From positions 1-64,000 of the forward strand of contig JBCBJQ010000023.1 in assembly GCA_038523235.1 (NCBI GenBank): a DNA stretch of 64,000 bases. The letters are read 5' to 3'. Positions 1 to 10,285 of the stretch are shown one piece after another. The notes under the pieces are model-generated. The model was not told the DNA's origin. It worked only from the letters and a program-made list of their open reading frames with translations, and did no database searches. Numbering within the stretch: the first letter of the stretch is position 1; every line of letters starts with the position of its first letter. Source of the stretch: Cyanobacteria bacterium J06626_4. GTDB taxonomy: Bacteria; Cyanobacteriota; Cyanobacteriia; Phormidesmidales; Phormidesmidaceae. The position numbers and the translations under genes are program-made.

Positions 1-54
1 TGCGCTATCCATGACCGCAGACAGAATTCGAAATATTCACGAACAAATTTGAGA

Positions 55-86
55 ATAAAAACCAGCCACCCAAAAAGGTGACTGGT
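55..86 (-). terminator. rho-independent terminator
   Basis: Minus strand reads ACCAGTCACC-TTTTTG-GGTGGCTGGT-TTTATT. Confidence 0.7.
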
Positions 87-196
87 ATGCCTTGCTGTGT
101 TGAGAGTAGGAGAACCCATTCCCTAGCCCCCGAGTTGGGTGAAGCGACCAAGCTGTACTTGCACTGTTGGTCACGGTTAGGTGCACTGGAACTCTG
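55..196 (-). ncRNA. candidate small regulatory RNA (~140 nt)
   Basis: Minus strand has -35 TTGCAG (231-226), a 17-nt spacer and -10 TACCTT (208-203), then a structured body and a terminator hairpin with U-tail (86-55). Contains a CU-rich stretch CUCCUACUCUCAACAC. Confidence 0.55.
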
Positions 197-220
197 TAAA
201 GAAAGGTAACACTATGTTAA
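193..220 (-). promoter_or_regulatory. HLR1-like (RpaB) tandem direct repeats
   Basis: Minus strand TTAACATA-gt-GTTACCTT-tc-TTTACAGA, 10-bp period, resembling the (G/T)TTACA(T/A)(T/A)N2 consensus. Confidence 0.5.
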
Positions 221-246
221 GAGTTCTGCAATGTTGGGCGATTGAT

Positions 247-2877
247 TCAGCCGCGAAACAAGATGAGCAGGCCTGAAGCGCAGCAGCAGAGGCTGAGCAC
301 GACTGACCACAGAGGATGCTGGGCCCGCGTCACGACTTGGCGAGCAGTTAAGAAAAGATCGACATCAATCCAGGCGATCGCGCCGCGCCGATACCACCCT
401 TGCACCTCAATCGGTTGTCCGAGCCAGTCGATGGGGTGCTGAGGATGGCTCAAAAGATTGCCCGGTGGGCCTAAGAGGGAGGAGAAGTGCAGCTTGAAGA
501 GTTGGGTAGGTGTTGCGAGCATGAGATCTTGTCCCAGCCAATTAGCAATGCCAGGACGACCGAGTAAAGTGCCCTCTAAACGTACAGGGTGGCTATCGGT
601 CGGTAGTGCTAGGGGGCTTTTGAGCAGGGCTGGCACGGCTGACTGCTGAAATCGGTTGGTTGACGTGATATCTGGAAAATAAGCGTTGATGCGCATCATG
701 ATGCCCATGCCTAGGCCGAGCAGCAGGCTGCCCCACAGCACACTGCGATCGCCATAAATCCAGGCCACTCGCTGTAACCCCAAAGGTTCAAAAACGCCGC
801 CCAAGAACCACAGCAGCATGGCGACGGTGACGCCTACCAGGGGGCCGATGTACGGGCTGATTTGCAGTAAGAAAGCGGCCAAGTCGCTGCCAAACGATCG
901 CCGTCGTTTGGTTGAGTGGCTGGGGTCGTCGAGTTCCGGGAAGGGTAATTCCGGCAGGAGTTGCCATCGCTGGGCGTAGCCCGTGAGTCGCTTGAGGCGC
1001 TCGCCCAAGAGGGGATGACTGCTGTTGAGCGCTAGCCAGCGACGGTAGGGGTTTTGAATATCCCACTGGAGCATCTCTAGGCTCAGAGGCGCGGGAAACA
1101 AGCTGCCGAAGCCTAGCGCCGTTTCGTAGCCGCAGGGCGTGAGTAAGTCGGTGCTCTCGACCCACGGGGGGGTGTAGCCGGTTTGCACGATGCTGTCAGC
1201 AATGCCGGTTTCGAGCTTGACTAAGGCCCGCATCAACCCATTGGGATTGCCCGTCCAAGTCACAGTTTGGCGATCGCTGCCCAAAACGCGAGCCCGTGCT
1301 GCCGGGGTAGCGACTTTGCGCACTAGCCAGTACAGCAGGTAGCTCAAGGCGGATAGACCCGCCGCTAAGGATCTGACCAGGCGACTGGAGGTGCGATCGC
1401 CCAGCTGAGCTGACTGCCAATAGCCCTGGTGTAAGAGCTGCAGCAACAGAGCTACCAAAGACATCAACGGCAGTGTCCAGCGAGTCAGATGTGACAGCTC
1501 ATAGCCGATGAGCGTGGCGAGTTCTTCATCACTGAGTTGGTTGCGGAGACCACGGCTAATGACAATGCGGCTATGGCGGGGCAACCAGCCATAGCTAAAG
1601 ATGAGGGGGGCATCGACGGGTAGCTCCCGCAGGAGGGGCAGCAGCCAGCCTTGTTTCTGGCTGAGGCGTCGCAGCAGGCGACACCCTTCAGGATGGGTTT
1701 TTTGCAGGGTTTGAATTGAGAGCGACCGAAGTCCCAGCGTGCGTGTTAAGAGCGCATCTAATAGCCAGGGGGCAGCTAGCAGCAGCCCGACAAGGCTAAA
1801 CGTCACTATCAACAGCGGCTCTGGCAGCTGTCGCACTGACGGTATGGGTAGAAAGCGACTGAAAAAAGCCCACAGGCGCAAGAGCGGCCACAGCACGATC
1901 GGCAGCACCGCGCTACTCAGCCACACGAGGGCGATCGCGGTGAGAAGCTGGGCTAACCAAACTAGCCAGTCGGGCTGCCTTGACTGGCCGAGGGGGCGCA
2001 ACTTGTCGAGCCGCCCGCCCTGGCGAAATGAGAGCGGCGGGGCCGGTGGTGTTGCTGTGTCTGTCGCTGCTGGAGGCGGTAACGGGACGAGGGCACCGTC
2101 TACGGTAGCGGGGGGTGGAGCCTCGGGATTTTTGGCTGTCGGGGTTGTGCTTTGGTTGAGGTTTTCGTAATGGAACAGTGATGCAGTGCCCTCTGATAGC
2201 ACGGCCGCCGAGGGACTCAAGGCACCGAGCGGCGGGGCGGACGCCGCCGCCGGGGGCGGTGTACTGGTTTCACCGTGAGGCGGGGCATTATTCTGCGCTG
2301 CGGTTGATTCGGTGGTCGGGAGGGGCGGCGGTGAGGCTTGGGGCGATCGCGACTCGGGGGACGAGGGCTGGGCTGGATACGAACTGCTAACCGCAGTGGT
2401 GTCGGCTTCAGCGGTGAGGGGTTGGAAACCGCTGAGATTATCTGCTCCACCAGACTCTGCTGCTAGGGGCTGAAAACCGCTGGGATTACCCGTGGCATCG
2501 GCGTCTGCTGTTAGGGGCTGAAAACCACTGAGATCAGCATTCGGCGTTGAATTGACCGGTGCTGGTGGCCCCAGGGCGGCCAGGGTTTGACTTGCCCACT
2601 GCTGAACCTTTGGTTGGGGATGTGTGGCAAGTGATTGGCAACGAGCGATCGCGGCCGCTGTTTGGCCATCACCTTGTAGGGCCTTGACCCAGCCAATCTG
2701 GGCTTTGAGGCGGAGAGCGCTGGCGAGGGTGAGATCCTGTGCCAGCGACGAAAAGCCTTGAATCGCTGTCGCGTAGCGTCGCTGCTTGAGTGCTGCCACG
2801 GCCTGATTGAGCCGCTGCTCGGGGTTGCCGCCAGCGGCAGCGGTCGGCTGAGGCGAAGAGGGAGGCAAGTCTGACAT
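247..2877 (-). CDS. M48/HtpX-family membrane protein, zinc site degenerate
   Basis: TM segments; PLIFSYG...IVISRGL...LSDEELATLIGYELSH; SSHPLLGERL; N-terminal TPR-like helix and Pro/Ala-rich linker. Confidence 0.8.
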   Translation of the reverse strand: MSDLPPSSPQPTAAAGGNPEQRLNQAVAALKQRRYATAIQGFSSLAQDLTLASALRLKAQIGWVKALQGDGQTAAAIARCQSLATHPQPKVQQWASQTLAALGPPAPVNSTPNADLSGFQPLTADADATGNPSGFQPLAAESGGADNLSGFQPLTAEADTTAVSSSYPAQPSSPESRSPQASPPPLPTTESTAAQNNAPPHGETSTPPPAAASAPPLGALSPSAAVLSEGTASLFHYENLNQSTTPTAKNPEAPPPATVDGALVPLPPPAATDTATPPAPPLSFRQGGRLDKLRPLGQSRQPDWLVWLAQLLTAIALVWLSSAVLPIVLWPLLRLWAFFSRFLPIPSVRQLPEPLLIVTFSLVGLLLAAPWLLDALLTRTLGLRSLSIQTLQKTHPEGCRLLRRLSQKQGWLLPLLRELPVDAPLIFSYGWLPRHSRIVISRGLRNQLSDEELATLIGYELSHLTRWTLPLMSLVALLLQLLHQGYWQSAQLGDRTSSRLVRSLAAGLSALSYLLYWLVRKVATPAARARVLGSDRQTVTWTGNPNGLMRALVKLETGIADSIVQTGYTPPWVESTDLLTPCGYETALGFGSLFPAPLSLEMLQWDIQNPYRRWLALNSSHPLLGERLKRLTGYAQRWQLLPELPFPELDDPSHSTKRRRSFGSDLAAFLLQISPYIGPLVGVTVAMLLWFLGGVFEPLGLQRVAWIYGDRSVLWGSLLLGLGMGIMMRINAYFPDITSTNRFQQSAVPALLKSPLALPTDSHPVRLEGTLLGRPGIANWLGQDLMLATPTQLFKLHFSSLLGPPGNLLSHPQHPIDWLGQPIEVQGWYRRGAIAWIDVDLFLTARQVVTRAQHPLWSVVLSLCCCASGLLILFRG

Positions 2878-3439
2878 GCCGTTAATGATTGCTGATTTGG
2901 TTCACCCTAGGGTACGCAAATTTGCCGCATCCGGAGCTGAGGGGAGAATTAAGGATTCGGAACGTGATGGCGTTCTGGTTATATTGGCACGATATACGGC
3001 AATCGTCGATTACCGCTGACTGTCCCCATCAATGCCAGGGCAGAGTTCAAAACCATTACTAAGGTTAGCTCTAGCGGGCAGGTGGGGGTGGCCTCTAGAG
3101 GGCAAAACCGTTACTGTGGGGGCTCCCCGCTTTGTCGCCACTCGCCCTGTGAGCTAGAGCGGTAGTAGCTATGATTGCGATGATGACTTGGCTTGATTTA
3201 AGGAACACTGCAGGCCTCGGGTCTGAGGTCAACTTGAAAAGTAGACTGTTGTTTGTAGTTTTCTAGAGAACTTCGGCTAGTTGATTCAGTTCAATGGTTG
3301 CAGGGGCTCTTGGCAGAATTAGCGTTTAGAGGGGTGGCAAGGTAGCCAATCAGACCTACACTGACTTGCGGTGCTACCGTTGCTGATCGTCGTCGATAGA
3401 CGTTTGAATCTCTGAGCTTACTCACTTTTTGCGAACTCT

Positions 3440-5680
3440 ATGCCTCAACACAGCCCTGGGCCAGGGGCGATCGCCTCAAAGTTGTCATCGCCCGCCGAAG
3501 CCACCGGTTTAGGGGCATTTGGTGGTGTCTTTACCCCTTCGATTCTGACTATTTTGGGCGTGATCATGTATCTGCGCTTTGGTTGGGTGTTGGGGCATGT
3601 GGGCTTGGTCAATACGCTGTTGATTGTGACCATTTCCACCAGCATTACTTTATTTACGGGGCTCTCAATCTCCGCGATCGCCACCGATCAGGTGGTGCGG
3701 GCGGGGGGCGCGTATTACATGATCAGCCGCTCTCTGGGCATTGAGACCGGCGGCGCGGTGGGAATTCCACTGTTTTTTGCTCAGGCGCTATCGGTGGCGC
3801 TCTACACCTTAGGGTTTGCCGAAAGTGTGGTGCAGATCTTTCCCGCGCTGAACCTGACCTGGGTCGCCTTTATTGTCACGATTTTGGTGACGCTGCTAGC
3901 TCTCCAGTCTGCTGAGGTCGCCATCAAGGCGCAATATTTCATCATGGCGGCGATTGTCTTGTCGCTCATCTGTCTTGCCTTTGGGCAATCGGTTGAGCCG
4001 ATGACGACAGCCCCCCTAGAAGAACCCGGCTCGGTGGGATTTTGGGCCGTGCTAGCGGTTTTCTTCCCAGCGGTTACCGGGATTATGTCAGGGGTGAATA
4101 TGTCGGGGGATCTCAAAAATCCTGCTCAGGCTATTCCCCTGGGTACCCTGGCCGCGATCGGGGTGGGCTATGCCATTTATATGCTGATTCCCTTGGTGCT
4201 GGTGTTTCGCGCCGATCCGGTCTCGCTGGTGTCTGATCCGTTGATCATGCGGCGCATTGCAATTTGGGATAATTCCATTTTGCTGGGGGTGTGGGGGGCG
4301 ACGTTATCCAGCGCGATCGGCAGCATTTTGGGGGCTCCGCGCGTGTTGCAAGCCCTAGCCCGCGATGGTGTCTTGCCCAAGTCGCTGCGCTGGCTCGGCA
4401 AAGGCAAGGGGCCGCGCGATGAACCCCAACTCGGCACCCTGTTTAGCTTGGGGATTGCTCTCGCTGCCGTCAGCTTGGGCGACATTAATGTGATTGCACC
4501 GGTGCTGACGATGTTCTTTTTGACCACCTACATGGTGCTGAATGTCGCTGCCGGGATTGAAGGCTTTCTCAAAAGTCCCTCCTTTCGGCCCACCTTTCGG
4601 GTGCCCTGGTATATCTCAGCGGTTGGGGCCGTGGGCTGCATCAGCATCATGTTTTTGATCAATGCGGTCGCCACGGTGATTGCCGCCGCGATCGTGCTGA
4701 GTATCTACCTCTGGCTCGAACGCAGCGAAATTGAGGGGACGTGGGGCGATGTCCGCCAGGGCGTGTGGATGTCTTTGATTCGGACGGGGCTGTTTCGCAT
4801 CAAAGGGCCGCTGGATTCGAAAAACTGGCGACCACATTTACTGGTTTTTTCGGGAGCCCCAACGAAACGCTGGCACCTGTTAGACATGGCTAATGCCTTG
4901 ACCCATCAGCGCGGACTGTTCACAGTGGCGAGTGTCTTGCCGGAGGGGAGCCGCGACGTGAGTCGGCAAGAAAGTTTGGAAGCGACGCTGCAAGATTATT
5001 TAGAAAAGCGTGGGATTCAAGCGTTTGTGCGGTTGGTCACGGCTCCCGATGCCTTTCAAGGTATGAAGCAGCTGATCGAGGCCTATGGGATTGGTCCGCT
5101 GTTGCCCAATACGGTGCTGCTGGGGGATACCGAAAATCCTGAAGGGCGCGATCGCTTCACTCGGCTGGTGGCGCAATGTCACCAGGCTCGGCGCAATGTC
5201 ATTATCCTGCGAAGCAGCCCCGAGCAGTTCACGCTAGTGCGACGGCGACCGGCACAATTTCGTCGCATTGATGTGTGGTGGGGCGGCTTACAGTCCAACG
5301 GCGGGCTGATGCTGATTTTGGCTTATCTGTTAAGAACCAGCTGGGATTGGCGCGGGGCAGAAGTGTGCCTGAAGCTCGTTGTACCGAATGAAACTGCTGC
5401 CGAATCCGCTGAGGCCAATTTGCAAGGGTTAATCAAAAATCTCAGAATTGGCGCAATCTCGCAGGTGATTGTGGCGGCTGAGCGCAGCTTCGATGAGATT
5501 TTGCTGATTTCTTCGCAAACGGCTGATTTGGTGCTGTTGGGGCTGGCGACGCCTGGCAGCGTTGAGAATTTTAGCCAGTATTATATGGAGCTACAGCAGC
5601 GCATCAGTAAGCTGCCTAACACCCTGTTGGTGATGGCCTCAGAGGAGCTGTCGTTTTCAGACGTCCTGAAGAAGGATTAA
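3440..5680 (+). CDS. cation-chloride cotransporter (SLC12/CCC-like amino acid permease family)
   Basis: GVFTPSILTILGVIMYLR, GGAYYMISRSLG, FFPAVTGIMSG, SPSFRPTF, KNWRPHLLV and IDVWW motifs. Confidence 0.9.
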   Translation: MPQHSPGPGAIASKLSSPAEATGLGAFGGVFTPSILTILGVIMYLRFGWVLGHVGLVNTLLIVTISTSITLFTGLSISAIATDQVVRAGGAYYMISRSLGIETGGAVGIPLFFAQALSVALYTLGFAESVVQIFPALNLTWVAFIVTILVTLLALQSAEVAIKAQYFIMAAIVLSLICLAFGQSVEPMTTAPLEEPGSVGFWAVLAVFFPAVTGIMSGVNMSGDLKNPAQAIPLGTLAAIGVGYAIYMLIPLVLVFRADPVSLVSDPLIMRRIAIWDNSILLGVWGATLSSAIGSILGAPRVLQALARDGVLPKSLRWLGKGKGPRDEPQLGTLFSLGIALAAVSLGDINVIAPVLTMFFLTTYMVLNVAAGIEGFLKSPSFRPTFRVPWYISAVGAVGCISIMFLINAVATVIAAAIVLSIYLWLERSEIEGTWGDVRQGVWMSLIRTGLFRIKGPLDSKNWRPHLLVFSGAPTKRWHLLDMANALTHQRGLFTVASVLPEGSRDVSRQESLEATLQDYLEKRGIQAFVRLVTAPDAFQGMKQLIEAYGIGPLLPNTVLLGDTENPEGRDRFTRLVAQCHQARRNVIILRSSPEQFTLVRRRPAQFRRIDVWWGGLQSNGGLMLILAYLLRTSWDWRGAEVCLKLVVPNETAAESAEANLQGLIKNLRIGAISQVIVAAERSFDEILLISSQTADLVLLGLATPGSVENFSQYYMELQQRISKLPNTLLVMASEELSFSDVLKKD

Positions 5681-5871
5681 CCGAGGGGCCGCTGCCGCTG
5701 CTGGCGAGAGGGGCCGCCAAGTTTCTGAGCGGGGTCTACCGCCATGCATCCCGGCCAGAGGCTGGCTGCTGCGGCCGGTTGCGATGTCCTCTCGGCGCTG
5801 TCTGCCGCTTCGTATAACGGCGATCGCGCCTTCTCTGTGAGGGCTTTGATGTCAGCGTTTTGGTGGAAGTG

Positions 5872-5991
5872 TTATGCCAGTTCTGCAAAATAGCGCTACA
5901 GATCGGCGATCCCCCGCTGTCGCTGCCCCCTTGTCGAAGGAGGCTACACACTTTTTGGGATGTGTAGTCTAAATTCAGCAAATTGGTATTA
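5872..5991. mobile_element. MITE-like element, TIR family X
   Basis: Imperfect TIRs ttatgccagttctgcaaaatagcgctaca / tgtagtctaaattcagcaaattggtatta; internal 25-mer identical to 57718-57742. Confidence 0.65.
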
Positions 5992-6063
5992 GGCATTATT
6001 TGGATGACTTGGCGAATTTCCCTGCCGTGCGATTACCCCAGTGTGGCCATAGATTGACCGACG

Positions 6064-6780
6064 ATGACCCAACAACGATTAGGAACTTTGTGGGGGGTGG
6101 GCGTCGGACCCGGTGATCCGGAGTTGATCACGGTAAAAGCGGCGCGTTTGTTGGCGCAGTCACCGGTTGTGGCGTTTCCGGCAGGGCGGGGGGGACACCC
6201 CGGTATCGCTCAGAAAATCATTGCTGATCACTTGCGACCCGAACAAATTCAGCTATCCCTGTATTTTCCCTATGTGCAAGCTGCCGCTGATTTGGAAGCG
6301 GCCTGGGTGACAGCGGCGGAAACGGTCTGGCAACCACTCATGCAGGGGCAAGATGTCGTGTTTGCTACGGAGGGAGATGCCAGCTTTTACAGCACGTTTA
6401 CATATCTATCTCAGACTCTGCAGCGCTTGCATCCTGAAGTTCGGGTTGAAACGGTGGCGGGCGTGTGTTCGCCGCTGGCGGCAGCGGCGGTGTTGGGGCA
6501 CCCCTTGACCATCTTGCAGCAGCGCCTGATGGTGTTGCCCGCACTCTATGCGATCGCCGATTTAGAAGCGGCCCTTGACCAAGCCGATGTGGTCGTTTTA
6601 ATGAAGGTGGCGTCTGTCTACGCTGAGGTGTGGCCCATTCTGGAGCGTCGCCACCTGCTTGACCAGAGTGCTGTAGTGGTGCGAGCGAGCCAAGAAACAG
6701 AAAGGGTGTACTCAACGCTGACCGATCACCCCACTCTAGAACTGCCCTATTTCTCCGTGCTGATCATTCACTGCCGCTGA
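6064..6780 (+). CDS. cobI: precorrin-2 C20-methyltransferase
   Basis: GVGVGPGDPELITVKA, EGDASFYSTF, VVLMKV, LPYFS. Confidence 0.9.
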   Translation: MTQQRLGTLWGVGVGPGDPELITVKAARLLAQSPVVAFPAGRGGHPGIAQKIIADHLRPEQIQLSLYFPYVQAAADLEAAWVTAAETVWQPLMQGQDVVFATEGDASFYSTFTYLSQTLQRLHPEVRVETVAGVCSPLAAAAVLGHPLTILQQRLMVLPALYAIADLEAALDQADVVVLMKVASVYAEVWPILERRHLLDQSAVVVRASQETERVYSTLTDHPTLELPYFSVLIIHCR

Positions 6781-6863
6781 GGATTTGCCCGTTGCCAGCA
6801 ACATGACTAACAGATTTGCGTCTAGGATGGTTAGCGCATCACGTTTGCGGGAGCGATCACCCA

Positions 6864-8189
6864 ATGGCCTCTGCTATACCCCCCTTCATTAGTCAGCTGC
6901 CCTGGCAACAGTTGTTACGGCCTTCGTGGTTAGCCGGCGCGATTTCTATCGGTTTTCACAGCGTCTTATTCGCGGCTGGCCCGACGTTTCCGAGTCTGGG
7001 CTTCAATCAGCTGGTCGAGCCCGAGCTGACCGCCGAACGGCGTAATGTACCCCTGGTGGAGCTGACCCCTGCCGAACAGCAGCGCCTGCCTGATTTTTCG
7101 GGCTCCTTATACGATTTTGATGCTTTTGGTTCGCTGGAGCCCCTCGCCCCCCTGTTTGGGGATAGTCCTGCATCGGGCAGTAGTTCCGGCATCACGTCTC
7201 AAAAGCCTTCTGGCAGTCGCCCTAGCAGTTCCACTTCGACTTCGCTGCCGTTTGGCATTACTCGCATCGAGTCGCGTCCAGGCCCCTTGACGCAGTTTCC
7301 CAATCCCTTCAGAGAGCCCAATCCCGCTGCGACTGAGCCGGAGCCGGGAGCCCCTGGCCCCGATGCGTCTGCAGCTCCAGGCGATGAGGAAACGCCTGAC
7401 CCGACGGCAACTGAGACTCAAGACGAACCCAGTGCTGCTGACTTGGCCGGAGCAACGGATGAGGCGTCAACCGCTGCTGACGATGAGGTGGCTGCGAGTG
7501 GCAACCCGGCTGAGGTGATGACCCTGGAAGAGCGTCTACTGGCCTATACTTTTGATGTCGCTGAGACGGAACCAGAGGTCAGTCAGGAGCGGCTGGCGGG
7601 CTGGCTAGAAACTGGCCAGGCCCTAGCTACTGAACTGGAACTCGATCCCACGCTGGATCTCGTGGCGGAACTAGAAGCCGCCGTGGTGATCGCAGAAGAA
7701 GACCCCGACAGCGACCTGGACAGCATTTTTCAACGCCCGATCGCGTTAACCCTCGATCACGAAGCAGGCATTTGTCTCACCAAAGAGCCCCAAAAGGGCC
7801 TGATTGGTGCTTGGGTCAGCCCGGAAGGAACGCTACTGGGTGAGCCTGAAGTGATTCGTAGTACTGGCTATGGCGGATTGAATCAGCAGGCGGTGCGCTA
7901 CATCGAGGAGTTGAATTTTTCTGAAGTTGAGACCTTTACGGGTTATCAGTTTGAGGTGGCGGTCAATTACGACCCCGAGGGCTGTGTTGAGCTAGAGGGC
8001 GATGCTCCCGCTGCCAGTGAGGATACCCCGGCAGCGGGTTTACGGCAGCGCTCCGATTCGACCGAGACGCCTCCAGACAAAGATGCTCCGGCGGCGGAAA
8101 CCGACATCCCAGCGGCTTCCCCTTCATCTGAAACCGATTTCCCGACTCCTGTGCCTGCCCCAGCTACAGATGAGCCGGCTGAGGACTGA
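6864..8189 (+). CDS. membrane-anchored protein with acidic/Pro-rich linker and TonB C-terminal-like domain
   Basis: N-terminal anchor SIGFHSVLF; GEPEVIRSTGYGGLNQQAV resembles TonB_C (SSG...LD..A). Confidence 0.6.
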   Translation: MASAIPPFISQLPWQQLLRPSWLAGAISIGFHSVLFAAGPTFPSLGFNQLVEPELTAERRNVPLVELTPAEQQRLPDFSGSLYDFDAFGSLEPLAPLFGDSPASGSSSGITSQKPSGSRPSSSTSTSLPFGITRIESRPGPLTQFPNPFREPNPAATEPEPGAPGPDASAAPGDEETPDPTATETQDEPSAADLAGATDEASTAADDEVAASGNPAEVMTLEERLLAYTFDVAETEPEVSQERLAGWLETGQALATELELDPTLDLVAELEAAVVIAEEDPDSDLDSIFQRPIALTLDHEAGICLTKEPQKGLIGAWVSPEGTLLGEPEVIRSTGYGGLNQQAVRYIEELNFSEVETFTGYQFEVAVNYDPEGCVELEGDAPAASEDTPAAGLRQRSDSTETPPDKDAPAAETDIPAASPSSETDFPTPVPAPATDEPAED

Positions 8190-8317
8190 GTCCGAGTCCA
8201 AAGTGTTGCGACACAACGGTAGGCTCAGACCCGGTCAGGCGCATTGGATTATCTGCAGCGGCTACCTTTCTTCACAGGGGTGTCTACAATTGAAGATGCA
8301 CACTGCTTTTTTTCTTC

Positions 8318-8824
8318 ATGCAAGCTTCTGCCTCAACGTTCTTAAAGCACCGTTCTTGGTCTAGCTGGCTAGCTGATGTGGTCTTGGCGGCGATGGTTAG
8401 CGGCCCCTTTGCAGCCCCGTTTTTAGCGGCTTCGGGCCTGCCGATACTGACGCAGATCAGCGAAATTATTTACTGGATGGGCCAGCAGGTCTGCCCTCAA
8501 CCGGATTTGGGGGTGACGATGACGGCGAGCCATGCCATGGCAGTGTGTATGCGATGTTATGGCACGGTATTTGGGCTCGTGGCCATGCGGATACTGTATG
8601 GCCGCGATCGCGGTCAGGCTCCCTATTGGTTAGAACGCTATGGCCTGTGGGGCTTTGGGCTAACGTTTGCCCTGTGCATGTTTTACCCAATGGAGCTGGC
8701 TCTGCAAGGGTTTGACGGATGGCCGATCAGCAACGTTCGAATGACGCTGTTTGGCTGGCTGGCGGGGGTGGGCCTCGGCGCTTACCTCATGCCGCTTTGC
8801 CATCGCTATCGGTCAGAAGCCTAG
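8318..8824 (+). CDS. DUF2085-like membrane protein
   Basis: VCPQP...AVCMRCYG motif plus TM helices. Confidence 0.75.
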   Translation: MQASASTFLKHRSWSSWLADVVLAAMVSGPFAAPFLAASGLPILTQISEIIYWMGQQVCPQPDLGVTMTASHAMAVCMRCYGTVFGLVAMRILYGRDRGQAPYWLERYGLWGFGLTFALCMFYPMELALQGFDGWPISNVRMTLFGWLAGVGLGAYLMPLCHRYRSEA

Positions 8825-9042
8825 TTCTGGCGGTATGGGGCGGCCATTTTCCGGACGCTGATGGCGAGATGCTAGGGAAACCCTGCGCCAACTTGCCAAT
8901 TGTCTAGACGCCCTCATGGTGTCGCTGCGGCCTGAAAATATGGCTGGTTCATCCCGTGTTAGGTACGACAAATCGGTGTTGGGGCCAAACACTGCAGCTC
9001 GCTACGGTTGTGATTGGATCCGCCTCTGAGTTCCGACTGCCC

Positions 9043-9081
9043 CACACTCCATGCTTGAGCAGCATCGCAGCATGGAGTGTG
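9043..9081. repeat. perfect 13-bp inverted repeat
   Basis: CACACTCCATGCT-13 nt-AGCATGGAGTGTG. Confidence 0.8.
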
Positions 9082-9268
9082 AGACAGCGCTGTTCTCTCG
9101 TCTGCCAGACTTCCTGATCAATCGGCTGGTAAAGGGGCAAACCATTAGCTAACCTTGATCACAGCGCGCTCTAAAATTAGTGCCCCGAAGATTAATCTCT
9201 TTTTGTGATCCTTCCCGAATAAAATAAAAATTTGAGAGCGGTATCAACATTGGGAGCGCCCATAATTC

Positions 9269-10006
9269 GTGAAGTTATTTGTCTATCACACGCCTGAAGA
9301 AGTGCCGGATGGGGCTCTACCTGACTGTGCGATCGCGATCGATGTTTTGCGAGCAACGACCACCATGGCGGCGGCCTTCCACGCTGGTGCGGAATCCATC
9401 CACGTTTTTAGTGACTTAGATTTGCTCCGGACTTCTAGCCAAAAAATTCCGATTGAGCAGCGATTGTTAGCGGGAGAACGTGGCGGTGCGCGGGTGGAAG
9501 GGTTTGACCTGGGAAACTCCCCGCTCGATCACACGGCAGAGCGGTCTGGGGGGCGGCATCTGTTCATGAGTACGACGAACGGTACTCGCTGCCTGCATCG
9601 GATTCAAAAAGTGGAGATGGTGATTACGGCGGCGTTGACGACGCGACAGGCGGTGGTGGATTTTTTGCTCAAGCAGCAACCTGAGCAGGTCTGGCTAGTT
9701 GGCTCCGGCTGGGAAGGCGACTATGCTCTGGAAGACACTGTTTGCGCTGGGGCGATCGCTGATCAGCTGGCTCAACAGCAAGCCTATGACCTCAAAGATA
9801 TTGCCGGTAATGATGCCACCATTGCGGCGGTCAGTCTTTATCAGCAGTGGCAAGACTCACTACTAGAGCTGATGCACTGTGCCAGTCATGGTCAACGGTT
9901 GCTGCGCCTCCATCAAGAAGAAGATTTACAATATTGCGCCCAGCTTGACGTGCTTAACCTGGTGCCGATCCAGTCGGAGCCGGGCGTGTTGGTCGTTAAG
10001 GCTTAG
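9269..10006 (+). CDS. comB: 2-phosphosulfolactate phosphatase family
   Basis: [33 protein letters not shown]. Confidence 0.9.
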   Translation: MKLFVYHTPEEVPDGALPDCAIAIDVLRATTTMAAAFHAGAESIHVFSDLDLLRTSSQKIPIEQRLLAGERGGARVEGFDLGNSPLDHTAERSGGRHLFMSTTNGTRCLHRIQKVEMVITAALTTRQAVVDFLLKQQPEQVWLVGSGWEGDYALEDTVCAGAIADQLAQQQAYDLKDIAGNDATIAAVSLYQQWQDSLLELMHCASHGQRLLRLHQEEDLQYCAQLDVLNLVPIQSEPGVLVVKA

Positions 10007-10285
10007 TCGACAGATTTGGCGGAATTCGGACTTTTCAGTGCGGACTGAATCAATGAGCCCGATGTGCGATTTGATCGTCAAACCTCTCCTCCCCCATGTG
10101 GGGATTTGCGGCTGGGCGACGGGTCAGGATGAGTTTGTGGACTGGCACGATAGCTTGGTAGAGAAAGTAGTGCCAAGGGAGTGCAGCGGTTTCTGTTTCA
10201 CGGTATCTTCTCAGCTTGGCCTCAGCTAGTTAGCAGGCAATCTGAGTACGCTAAACATGAACTCGATGAGCACAGGGGAAAAGAA

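Noticed and set aside
5680..6063. cobalamin riboswitch upstream of cobI
   Set aside because: No B12-box motifs seen; the structure is explained by a MITE.
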